Of a stretch of 64,000 nt of DNA, positions 1-11,367 are shown piece by piece (positions within the stretch are counted from its first letter, which is position 1; each line of letters opens with the position of its first letter). Both the position numbers and the translations under genes were made by a program. The notes under the pieces are model-generated. The model searched no databases, had not been told where the DNA came from, and saw only the letters and a list, made by a program, of their open reading frames with translations. This DNA is from Phyllobates terribilis (lineage: Eukaryota): assembly GCF_046119375.1 (NCBI RefSeq), contig NW_027362761.1:550684001-550748000 (forward strand). The letters run 5' to 3'.

Positions 1-1921
1 ACCAGGAAAGGTGCTAATGCGGTTCAGTGGACTTCTGAGGCCATTGAAGCTTTTGTGTTTCTAAAGGAGAGGTTTACCTCTGCTCCCATCCTTATGCAGC
101 CTGATGTGACTAAGCCGTTTTTGGTTGAGGTTGATGCTTCTTCGGTGGGGGTCGGTGCGGTGTTGTCTCAGGAAAACAAGGATGGAGTACATCCCTGTGC
201 CTTTTTTTCAAAAAAATTTTCTGAGACTGAACTTAATTACGATATTGGTAATCGGGAATTGCTGGCGATTAAACTCGCATTTGAACACTGGCGTCACCTC
301 TTGGAAGGTGCTGAATTTCCCATTCAGGTTTTCACTGATCATAAAAATCTGATCTATCTCGATGCTGCCAAGCGCTTGAATGCCCGTCAGGCTAGGTGGG
401 CACTTTTTTTCTCGCGGTTTAATTTTTCCGTTACTTACATCCCGGGTACCAAGAATGTTAAAGCGGATGCTTTGTCTCGCAGCTTTTCTCCCATGGTCAG
501 TGTTGAGGAGGAAGAGGAGAGCATTTTACAAGAAGGTGTTGATTGCTGCTTTGGACTCCGTTTTGGAGGATGAGATTCTTAAAGCTCAGGAGAATGCCCC
601 ATCTAACACTTCCCATGGGAGGTTGTTTGTGCCTAGGACCTTTAGGAGAGATTTGTTTGTTGAGTGTCATGAGTCTCGGTTGGCAGGTCATCCAGGAATT
701 TCTGAGACCAAGAGACTTGTGGGTCGCAGTTTTTGGTGGCCTGGATGGCAGAAGGAAGTCATTAAGTGGGTGCGCCAATGTACTGTGTGTGCTAGATCCA
801 AGTCTTCGCATGCTCCTACTGCGGGGTTGCTTTGCCCTCTGGAGGTTCCTAGTGCACCTTGGACACATCTGGCTATGGACTTTATTACTGACCTTCCCCC
901 CTCTGAAGGTTTCACGGTCATCTGGGTGGTCATGGACCGTTTTAGCAAGATGTGTCACTTGGTTCCCTTCATCAAACTGCCTTGCGCTAAGACACTCGCT
1001 AAGGCCTTTGTCAAGGAAATTGTCAGACTACATGGTGTTCCTACTGACATTGTTTCTGATAGGGGACCTCAGTTCGTGGCTCGTTTTTGGCGTGCCTTTT
1101 GTGACAGGTTGGGAGTTCATTTGTCGTTTTCATCCGGATATCATCCTGAGTCTAATGGCCAGACAGAAAGGAAGAACCAGGATGTTGAGCAGTTCTTGCG
1201 TTGTTTTGTGGCAGACAATCAAGAGGGGTGGTCTGAGTTTCTGCCACTTGCTGAATTTGCTCTTAACAACCATACATCCTCTTCTGTTGGGTGTTCGCCT
1301 TTTTTTTGTTGTTCTGGGAGTCTTTTGGGTCATTCTCCAAATTGGTTTCGGCTGTGCCTGAGGAGGAGAGTTTTTCCGGTGATTTGGAGAGAGTTTGGAC
1401 GGATGTGCGTGGTAATCTTCAGGAGGCTAACAAAAAATCTAAGAGGTACTTTGATAGGAAATGGCAAGAGGTTTTGTTTGCTGTTGGTGACATGGTTTGG
1501 TTGTCCTCTAAGAATCTGTGATTGAGGATTCCTTCTAAAAAATTGGGTCCCAAGTTCGTAGGGCCCTTTAAGGTGCTTCAGATAGTTAACCAATCTGCTG
1601 TTAGGTTGGAGGTTCCAACGTCCTGGAAGATTAACCCGGTGTTTCTTGTTTCTCTGTTGAAAAAAGCTGATGTGTCGGATGGTGACGCCTCTGCCACTGT
1701 TCTTACCGGTGGTGGAGGACGGGGAATATGAAATTTCCCGCATCCTAAATTCTAGACGGTATAGAGGGAGTTTGCAGTATCTCGTCGCTTGGAAGGGTTT
1801 CGGACCTGAGGATAACTCATGGGTGAGGGCGGATGATGTTTCTGCTTCCAGACTTGTCAGAGCTTTTCACAGGAGGTTTCCTGGTAAGCCTGGGCCTAGG
1901 GGATCCGGAGGATCCTCTTAG
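1..1921 (+). pseudogene. pol: Gypsy pol (RT connection, RNase H, integrase, chromodomain), disrupted
   Basis: RNase H motifs [29 protein letters not shown] and KADALSR (1-573). Integrase H-H-C-C motif (HESRLAGH...CTVC), AMDFITDLP, IVSDRGPQF and SNGQTER (frame of 380-1525). GPF motif (KFVGPFKV) at ~1550. Chromodomain EYEISRIL...LQYLVAWKGFGPEDNSWV (1720-1921). Frameshifts near 530, 1300 and 1700, and an in-frame TGA at 1519-1521. Confidence 0.95.
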
Positions 1922-1933
1922 AAGAGGGGGTAC

Positions 1934-2353
1934 TGTTAGAACTCTCCTGTTAGTTTTTTTTTAGTTTGCTGGTCACATGACCATTTTTGCCTATTTAATC
2001 CGGCTCCGCCCTCCTGGCCTTGCTGGACTTCATTGTATTTACTACTCTTGAGCTAGCTTGGTGCTCTGTTGCTGTTCACTGTTAGTTTTGCTAGGTCTTC
2101 TGACCTCTATGCTTTTTGTTGTGTGTTTGTCTTTGACTGCTACTATTTCTGCTAGGAGGTGTCCAACTTATCCCAGTCCCTAGTTCTTGTAGGGATCCCT
2201 CCCTCACATCTATAGGTCTTCGTACAGACTAGCCGAGGACTTTAGCGGGTATGATCGCAGGATCAGGTTCCCCTACATCGTAGGGATCTAGTTTAGTTCT
2301 ATTGTAGAGACAGATCTCCTGTCTTTCCTTAGTCCCTGTAGCAGATCATAACA
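1934..2353 (+). repeat. 3' LTR of the Gypsy element (420 bp)
   Basis: Starts TGTTAG three bases after the PPT (AGAAGAGGGGG) and ends ATAACA. It is homologous along its whole length to 55196-55615. Confidence 0.93.
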
Positions 2354-3425
2354 CCAAAGGCCCAAAACTGGATAGTACAGCGATTTGACCCGTGGAACTG
2401 CGAAACCACACTGGGATGTTGGGCCTACACAAGACTATTTTCAACAGATATATTTTTGTGTCACAACAGTCAGGAGACACTGCTGTTTTTCTTTACGGAA
2501 AAAACTACCAAAACCTGAATAATAGAGATTTTTTACCGTGGGATGGCAAAACCACAGTTATTGTTTACTGGGGTATACCACACTTTTTTAAATAGAGATA
2601 TTTGCAGCTGAACAGTGAGCGACACACTCAAACTGCTTTTTTTTTTAGATACAAATGGCCCAAAATGGATAATACAGAGGTTTGAACTGTGGAAGTGCAA
2701 AACAACACTTCTGTTTCCCTAGCCTACACCAGACTATTTTCAACAGTTATATTTGTGTCTGAAAAATCAGAGACACGCTTTTTTTTTGGGGGGGGGGGGG
2801 GGACACACCAAAAGGTTAATAAGACGGGTATTTGTACAGTGTGAAGGAGGAAAAAAAAGGAGGATTTAGATGAAAAAAAAAGGATTTTTCCTTGCCTCCG
2901 ACACCTGGTGCTAAGTCCAGCAATTTCATCAACAGGAGCACACAGGACTGTAATGCAGCATTTGCTGGTATAACCACTGTGTCTCCTATATAGCCTGCCT
3001 GCCTGGTATCTGGGATGGATATTAGTCCTGAAAAGGACTGTTTGTTTGTTCTGGCAGCCTTTACAGACCCTACATTAACTATTTCGCAGTTTATATCTCT
3101 CCCTAAATCAGCAGCGCTGTCCCTACACTGTCTAATCCGGAGCGACTGTGTCCAAGATGGCGGTGCTCCGTTTTAAATACTCGAGGTGACGCTGTGTGGC
3201 CAGCCAATCACTGTAATGCCCACAACCAACATGGCTGCAGCATTACAGTGACTGGCTGGCAATCCCTGCAAGTTTATTGGCTCTGTAAAGAGCGCCAAAC
3301 ATGCAGGGCGGAGACCCGAGCTCCCGCCCGAGTAACCCGGAAATGCTCGGTGCTCGCCGAACATTCCGAGAAGCATGATGCTCGGGCGAGTACCAAGCAG
3401 TGTCGAGCATGTTCGCTCAACAATA
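2354..3425. mobile_element. hAT DNA transposon right end (copy 1)
   Basis: Contains about 3 degenerate ~150-bp repeats and a YY1/CCAAT segment. Ends GCTCAACAATA, a one-mismatch match to the TIR GCTCAACACTA. Collinear with 4300-5806. Confidence 0.8.
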
Positions 3426-3722
3426 ATAATCGTCACTCACCATCTTGGTGGACTCCTCAAAGTTAGTCAGGATGGTACATATGTCAGACATCCAAGTACA
3501 CTCCTGAGGTCTTATGTGTGGCGTCTGACCTGAATATCAACGGCCAAGTTGCAGCTGGTACTCCTCAACTGCTCTCTTCTGCTCACAAATCCTTTGCAAC
3601 ATCTGGAGGGTAAAGTTCCAACGTGTGTGGACATCACACACCAGTCGGTGTGCCGGAAGCTGCAAACACTGCTGCAACACAGCAAGGGCGGCGGAAGCTG
3701 TAGCCGACTTGCGAAAATGAGC
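3426..3722 (-). pseudogene. hAT transposase internal fragment
   Basis: The translation LVCDVHTRWNFTLQMLQRICEQKRAVEEYQLQ aligns with IICDLPTRWNSTLHMLERLCEQQAAVMEYQLQ of the transposase at ~50740-50860 (hAT TRWNS motif). Confidence 0.85.
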
Positions 3723-4290
3723 TGACAGGCTCTGCCTTTGCTCACCGCTCCGGCTGTCCTGCCCTGCTCTGCCTTTGCTCACAGCTCCGGCGGTCTCGCC
3801 CTGCTCTGCCTTGCTCACCGCTCCGGCGGTCTCGCTCTGCTCTGCTTGACTACCGCATCTGCGGTTATGTTCCTGAGTCCCAGACTGTACTGGACCTTAT
3901 TCAGTCTGTGCTCCATCCTGCTAGTGCCTCCATGTCTGTACTTCAGTCGTTCTTGCCAGTACCCCCTGCCTGCATACCAGTCGTGCTTACCAGTACCCGC
4001 CTGTCTGCATACCAGTCGTGCCTGCCTATACCCACCAGTCAGTGTGCCAGCCTAACCTGCCTGTTCCTGTATTCCCCGGTGTGGGTCAACAGCCGTGTCC
4101 GGGGTCTGACCTGGAGTAGCACCTGGTCCCTCTGCTCGGTACCTCCTTGGTGCACGGCGTCGTAGCCGTCGTGTGACCTTGGTCGGATTGGGTTGATACT
4201 TAGTTACGCCCCTCCAGGCACTCTCCGGTTCAAGGCACAGAGGGGTCACTAAACACACACACGCCAGTCAGTCCGGGCGTGTGCATAACA
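3723..4290 (+). mobile_element. 3' fragment of an LTR (same family as 28780-30663)
   Basis: Collinear with 30190-30660, including the GCTCTGC-rich VNTR and the CCTGCCAGTACCC repeats. Ends in TAACA. Confidence 0.8.
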
Positions 4291-5806
4291 CTTACACTCG
4301 CACTATCAATGGAAAAAGGGTAATAAAAAGGAGATTAGAACCGTAGAAGAGGAAAACCACAGTTCTATTTCTCTGGCCTACACCAGAATCTTTTAAACAG
4401 ATATATTTGTGTCTGAACACTGAGCGAGACACTCAATTTTTTTATTTTTAAGGAAAAAAGGCAAAAAGGTGGATAATACTGAGATTTGAACCGTGGAACT
4501 GCAAAACCACAGTTATAGTTATGTGGCCTACACCAGAATCTTTTAAACAGATATATTTGTGTCTGAACAGTCAGGCAGACACTATCACTGTTTTTTTTTA
4601 CGGAAAAAAGGCCAAAAGATGGATAATACTGAGATATGAAACTTGGAACTGCAAAACCACAGTTCTAGTTATCAGGCCTACACCAGAATCATTTAAACAG
4701 ATATATTTGTGTCTGAACAGTCAGCGAGACACTATTACTGGTTTTTTTTACGGAAAAAAGGCCAAATGCGGGATAATACTGAGATTTGAACCGTGGAACT
4801 GCAAAACCACAGTTCTAGTTATCTGGCCTGCACCAGAAATCTTTTAAACAGATATATTTGTGTCTGAACAGTCAGGGAGACACTATTAAAGTTTGTTTTA
4901 CGGAAAAAAGGCCAAAAGCTGTATAATACAGAGATTTGAACCGTGGAACTGCAAAACCACAGTTCTAGTTATCTGGCCTACACCAGAATCTTTTAAACAG
5001 ATATATCTGTGTCTGAACAGTCAGGGAGACACTATTACTGTTTTTTTATGGAAAAAAGGCCAAAAGCTGGATAATACAGAGATTTGAACCGTGGAACTGC
5101 AAACCACAGTTCTAGTTATCTGGCCTACACCAGAATATTTTAAACAGATATATTGGTGTCTGAACAGTCACAGACACACTCAATTTTTTTTGGGGGGGGA
5201 GAAAAAATACCAAAAGGTTAATAAGACGCGTATTTGTACAGTCTGACTGAGGGAAAAAAAAATACAGGATTTAGATGAAAAAAAAAAGGATTTTTCCTGG
5301 CCCCTCAGACCGAGGGGTAAGACGAGCAATTTGACCAGCAGGAGCACACAGGACTGTAATGCACTGTTTGTTGGTATAACCACTGCGTCTCCTATACAGC
5401 CTGCCTGCCTGCCTGATATCTGGGATGGATATTAGCCCTGAGAAGGACTGTTTGTTTGATTTTGCAGGCTTTAGAGACCCTACACTACCTATTTCACACT
5501 ATATATCTCTCCCTAACTCAGCAGACTAAGCCTACACTGTCTGATCCCGGGCGACTGTGTCCAAGATGGCGGCGCCCGGTTTTAAATACTCGAGGTGACG
5601 CTGTGCGGCCAGCCAATCACTGTAATGCCCACAAACAACATGGCTGTGATATTACAGTGACCGGCTGGCAATCCCTGCATGTTCATTGGCTCTGTACCGA
5701 GCTCCCGTCCGAGTAACCCGGAAATGCTCGGTGCTCGCCGAATATCCCGAGTAGTGAGATGCTCGAACGAGTACCGAGCAGTATCGAGCATGCTCGCTCA
5801 ACACTA
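4291..5806. mobile_element. hAT DNA transposon right end (copy 2)
   Basis: Ends with an exact TIR GCTCAACACTA (5796-5806), identical to 53787-53797. Has CTCG/CGAG-rich subterminal repeats and carries the 150-bp array. Confidence 0.88.
4310..5180. repeat. ~150-bp tandem repeat, about 6 copies
   Basis: GGAAAAAAGG recurs at ~4452, 4602, 4752, 4902 and 5050. The unit includes GAACCGTGGAACTGCAAAACCACAGTTCTAGTTAT...CCTACACCAGAATC. Confidence 0.93.
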
Positions 5807-6586
5807 CTCATCACTGAACATAATGTTCTGTGTAAACTGAGGGTCCTTTTCCAATATTTGTTTCGCCCATTCTTCAAATTCAGTGCGCCGATCTGGGTCA
5901 TCTTCGTTGAGGTGTTGCAGCAGCTGGATTTTGTAATGGTGCCATTTCTGAGTAGCTTATATCCACCCAAGGAATGTTAGACTGATGCCACTCTCCAGTG
6001 ACAAGCGGCGAGTGCTACGCTGTGGGCTCTTGCTGAATGAAGCTAGGACAGCCAGGGATGTTTCTTCATTAGTGACAGTTTTCTTGCGTCCACATTTTGT
6101 CAAATCCAACACTGAACCTGTTTCACAAAATTTGGCAAGCAGTTTGCTAACTGTAGCATGGGAGAAGGGTGGTCTTGTAGGGTGTCTTACATTGAAATCT
6201 GCAAAAATGACTCGGGTACTGCGTTCACCAGACATCAACCCAATTTCTATCCGCTCTTCACGTGTTAACCTCTGCGGCATGTCAATGGCTATAAACAAAG
6301 AGAAACTTGTAAATAACTAATGAAAGAATAAAGTTACCTTACAACCAAGCACACCATTGTTTTTCTTATGAAACTCTCAATAAGTTTGATGTGTCACATG
6401 ACCCTCTTCCCATTGAAAAAAAATAAAGTTGGATCCAAAATGGACAACTACAAAATGGCTGCCATGGTCACCACCCATCTGGAAAAGTTTTCCCCCTCCC
6501 ATATACTAATGTGCCACAAACAGGAAGTTGATATCACCAACCATTCCCATTATATTTAGGTGTATCCATATAAATGGCCCACCCTG
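5807..6586 (-). mobile_element. Tc1/mariner-superfamily transposon, 5' half
   Basis: The terminus reads CAGGGTGGGCCATTTAT on the minus strand with a TA at 6587-6588. The ORF from ATG 6280 (MPQRLTREERIEI...LLAKFCETGSV...GRKKTV) has a paired-like HTH and continues to IMFSDE (first catalytic Asp) at 5807-5824. Confidence 0.85.
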
Positions 6587-6786
6587 TAGTTTAGGTTCTT
6601 AAAAACAAAGCAATAACATTTTTGTATGTTTTTTCTACTTGTTTGTTTTCTCCAAAACACATAATTTCCTAAACCATTTTTAAGATCTGGCTATTTTTAA
6701 TTGTTGCATTTTGAATTTTTCTGAAACCTGTAATGGTTGCATGGGTCAAGGTGTGGTGCTCAGAACCCAAGCATGAGTCAAAAGGA

Positions 6787-6790
<4 letters not shown>

Positions 6791-6840
<50 letters not shown>
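6791..6840. repeat. (GT)25 microsatellite
   Basis: Direct reading of the sequence. Confidence 0.99.
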
Positions 6841-6842
<2 letters not shown>

Positions 6843-7403
6843 TCAGAAGTTTTCCATTCAGGTCACATACTCTCAGATGGTGCTGGAACCCCCTGGAGTA
6901 TTATGATCACAAAAAAGAAGGTAGTTTATTTAATAAAAAGAGAACATATATACAAGAGATAGCAGGTACAAAACTTAGTGTTTACATCTTGATCTATTTC
7001 ACACAAAGGCACAGACATTCTGGTTGCACTTTGCTTGTAAGCAACAACATTTCAGCATTTAGGCTTGACTGACGTGAACACTCCATTCCTTTTGTCTAAC
7101 CATCACTGACCACAGCCTTCTTCTGTTATACCCTTGCGCCATCCTAGAAAGTCCAGCATTTATTCACTATGACTTCCAGGCCTGGCCTACAAGTTGCCTC
7201 TTGAGCCCACTTCTCTACTAGCTGCTTTTGTCCCACAACCCACAGCTCTATTTCTGGCTTCAGGTCATACTCTGTTAATATTCTGGTGTAGCACTTTTGG
7301 AATCCAGTGGCCGAAGGAGCACAAGCAGGAATAGCAAGTGTTAATAGAAGTTATTAGAGTTAGCAAAGCAGCTGTAGGAAACAATCCAATGCAACACCCC
7401 TTT

Positions 7404-8968
7404 TGGGCTACCACGGTACGCTGGGTGTTATGGGGGGTCTCACCTCTCTAGGGCGCAGTGCCTCCACCCGAATCTTGTTTGTCGCTCTCACTGGGACAGC
7501 AGAAGGACTGGTATCTTCTGCCAGGGGCTGATTCGGGAAGCCCCTGCCACAGCTCAGTACACACTCATCCGGGACAGGAGTAAAATGGTTTAACAGGTTT
7601 ATTGCTATGCAGCAGAAATGAGGTGGATTTAAAGAAATAACATACAATACAGGTAACGGTGCTCTATAAAAATCATATACACATCACAATCTAATTCTTC
7701 CCCAACCCTGCAAATATAACGTAGCAGGGTTTCCCTTTTCTTGTATTAACTCAGTCCAAACGTTGGGGCCCCGTTGCCGCGGATGTTGGCGAGCAAATTT
7801 ATAACCGTTGGTGCACTTAGATGAACATTAACATAAAAAGTCTGGGGCATAGTGTATTCACTGTAACTGGTGCTGGTAGAACCACAAGTCTCAAAAGGAG
7901 CACTCACGGTGCGTCTCAACCGGTCGTATGTTTCCCTGGACACCAGCTGGGGGCGGCAGGATTCAGGCCTTTATACGGTGGGAGTTCCAGCAGAACTCTC
8001 CGAGTCCTTGATGTCACTTGCTTCACCGGGTGACAGAGCCGCGCTCTCTCCAGCAGCGTGGGTATATCAGAGGGGACGGCAACGCTCCGCAGCGTAGCGG
8101 GATACAAGTCCACAGCGCTCCGTCTTTCACAACAACAAGCTGCCACACTTCCTTTCCTCTCTAGTTTTACTTTCACTTTCTCTCCAGCTCCCTCCCCCAA
8201 GTCCCTCCTCCCTCCTATCCTTCCAGGCTGTGTCATCTGACTGAAACAAGGGCCCATGGGAATTGTAGTCCACTGCAGCTCAGGGAAAAAATGATTAGTG
8301 TCTGTAAGTCCCAGTATACCAGTAGCTGCTCTGACAGTTCCATGTGCAGGTGTTACACATAGATAGGTGTGAATAGTGTGGGTAAGACAGTCCAGGAGCT
8401 GGAGATTGCACTAGACTAAGCAGCTAGACACAACACCCAAGCAACAAACAAGAGAGCCATGCAGCTCCAAGCAGGCCCAAATAGGAAACAAGATGGATTC
8501 TACAGGTCCAGAATCCGGCATCCCAGCAAATGGCAACCACAGACTATAGCAGCAGGCCCCAGCTGCAAGGAGCGGGACAGCAGCACAACTACCAAGGTGA
8601 ACAACAGCAGCCACCACTGGCCAAACTGCAGAAGGACTACAGGAATCCTGGCATACTCCCAACAACTGGCTCTCTTTCTGGGTATTTCCACTTCACCACT
8701 TGGTCCTGGATGCTCTCGCTGTATTGGATCCATTGGATCATTGCTCTGCCATTGGATCCAGTTGCAGAATCTTGCTATTTCTTTTCTGCCTCTTCCTTTC
8801 ACACACTCATTACTCTTCGGTCTAGTCTGTCACACTCCCTGAGACTGACTTCATTTTACTACTAACTTTTGACTCACCGCTAACCAGGAAGTAGCTCTCT
8901 TACTCCCAAATACTTCTCCCTTCTGTAGAGCCAGATAACTGTTAACTCTTCTGTGCCCTGCATCTACA
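7404..8968 (-). mobile_element. LTR-like element, probably a solo LTR; left boundary uncertain
   Basis: The minus strand begins TGTAGATGCAGGGC. It has a ZNF143-type motif at 8257-8269, TATAAA at 7970-7975 and AATAAA at 7598-7603, in U3-R-U5 order. No clean TSD found. Confidence 0.5.
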
Positions 8969-9125
8969 CTCTTACTTTCACTTTCCAAACACAAGTGCTT
9001 AGAGGAGCATTAATCACACATTAAACTATTGCATCACACATCAGTATAAGTAAAATGCAGCAATATCACACATATCAGCACTGCAATGTCTTCAGGAAGG
9101 TGTTTCTTCACTTTCCACACTCTTA

Positions 9126-9955
9126 GGCTATGTGCCCACGATGCAGAAATGAAGCAGAAAATTTCTGCAGCATTTCTGCATCTCCCTGGCAGAAAAAACG
9201 CATGCAGATTGTGCATGCGTTTTTCCTGCAGAATACATGCGGATTCACATGCGGATTCACATGCGTTTCCGCATGCAGATTGACAAGCGCTTTCCAGGCG
9301 ATTAGCATCACTTGGAAAGTGCTTGACAACAAGGTCACACTATATAAATCCATGCAAACAGCATGGATTTATATAGTGTGACCGTAAAACAATGTTTAAA
9401 ATAAAGCTATACTCATCCCCGATGCCCCGGCGTGTGCTGCAGCGCTCGTTCCTGTCTGGTTCCTGGCTGCTGGCATATCGCGAGACACAGCGGTGAAGGG
9501 CCTGCGGTCACATGATTGTGACGTCACCGAAGGTCCTTCAGCGCTGCCGGCATGCAGAGAGAAGGCGCCGGACAGGTGAATATAACTTTATTTATTATTT
9601 TATTGTTTTTTTTACAGGTAGAATGGTACCCAGGTCTGGATGAGAGTCTTCTCTCCTCCAGACCTGGGTACCATCCGCACATTGAATCGCATATTATCCG
9701 CGTGTACAAATGTACAGACACGGATTCTATGCGTCTCAATGCAAGTCAATGGCGGCGCTTCCGCAAAATTAATGAACATGCTGCGGATTTATGAGCGCTG
9801 CAGAAATGCTGCGGAAAAATCCGCAGCATGTGCATTGACGTTGCGGAATGCCATTGGGGACCATGGGGTGTGGATTACCAAGCGTTTTTGATGCGTTTCC
9901 GCTGCGGAAATTCCGCAGCGGAAACGCATGAAAAACGCATCGTGGGCACGCAGCC
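9126..9955. mobile_element. PIF/Harbinger-type MITE
   Basis: TIRs GGCTATGTGCCCACGATGC / GCATCGTGGGCACGCAGCC, with a TTA 3-bp TSD on both sides (9123-9125 and 9956-9958). Confidence 0.85.
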
Positions 9956-11367
9956 TTACACATCATCCTCCCCTCTTTAACTATTACCATTCTCAGCAAC
10001 TAGACTTAGAAGACAAAAACAGTAAAGCAACTGTACAATACATTACATTTCTTTGTTTCTTCATAGTCAATTAGAATGGGGCAAAGAACACAACCCTTGT
10101 CACAGAGCCAGACAACATAGTCTGTTCTTTCATGAGGGTAAATGAATGCAGTCCTTGGTGGATGAGACTCCATAGTTGAGAGTGATGGACCCTCCAATCA
10201 GTCAAACTCCTCTCATCAACCAGAAAGGATTACAAAAGGCACAAACAAATAGAAAAATGAACAAAAATTTCAGCTTTTCTGGCTTCATGTCAGGCCTATC
10301 CTTGGCCATCAAGCACAAACCAAGAACAATCTCTTTTAACCCTAGAACGAACGCATACCTGGGGCCTCGCAGGCCCGCCCTGTTAATTGTTTTCTATTTT
10401 CTGCAAGATTACTTTAGTTAGAATTTTGAAACTCTAGGTATTCCTCATGTATATAGTTGTTTGTCATTTTTGTTTGAGTTATTCCATGTTATTTGCACAC
10501 GGGCCTAAAAGGCTCCAGGTATGTGAAAAAGTAGATTTTTATGATCATGCGTTCTAGGGTTAAAGTAAGTCTTCAATCTGGTCTCCCATACAACTGGAGC
10601 AATGGAAACTCTGTATAAGTGAAACACAGGACATGACTGACCCAAATGACAGCAGCTGCCATCGAAGGGTCTGGAACTCTCCTTTATCTTAGGTGCAATG
10701 GCACAACAGGGTATCTTTCTCTCTTTTGTGGCAGCTTAGTTAGGTGACTCTTTCACCTTCCTGGCTTACTCCAAAGTCCTGGACAGACCTTCATCATCCA
10801 TGAACTCCAAACTCCTTCCATCCAATCCCAAGTAACTGCTAGATGGAGACATTATTGGAACTTGCTATACATCCGTATCAGGCTCCCAGGATGAACACAA
10901 GTCCCTATATTTTTCCTGTAGCTCCTCTGCATTCACTGCAGCTTCTTTCGGTTGATAACTGGGCACAGTGCTACATTTTCAGGCCTACGTCTGGCCTTAC
11001 CAGACAGGGTGGAGCTGAGGCATGATCCTCTACGACATTAGGCCTTGCAGATTGCATACCTTCTGGAGTGGGCACAGTTTCCTCTCCCTGGTCATCTGGG
11101 GTGGTCACTGGGTATTTCACTTCAGGCCGAACCACAAGAGCTGGTGATGGTGGTAATTCTGGTATTTTCACATTAACTTTTCAATTTTTGTCCATTTGCA
11201 GCTGCTCCGTAACTTAAAAAAATGTTGGGCTTAGCAAAATATGCCTGATGCACTCCAGTATAGCAAATTGTTGCATGATTCTATTTTAGGTCATATTGTA
11301 CATTTCATTTTTGGTCAAACAGGCAACCTAAGGATGAGCCAATTATAATGTGGTGTGCATCTCTTAA

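Larger units (their letters stand above)
1..2353 (+). mobile_element. Ty3/Gypsy chromovirus LTR retrotransposon, 3' part (5' part lies outside the window)
   Basis: RNase H, integrase and chromodomain coding segments in order, then a polypurine tract at 1920-1930 and a 420-bp LTR bounded by TGTTA...TAACA. Confidence 0.96.

Noticed and set aside
10971-11171. Pro-rich minus-strand ORF (PALVVRPEV...PPCLVRPDV)
   Set aside because: Short, with stops in the surrounding frame. Possibly a decayed retroelement, but I cannot assign it.
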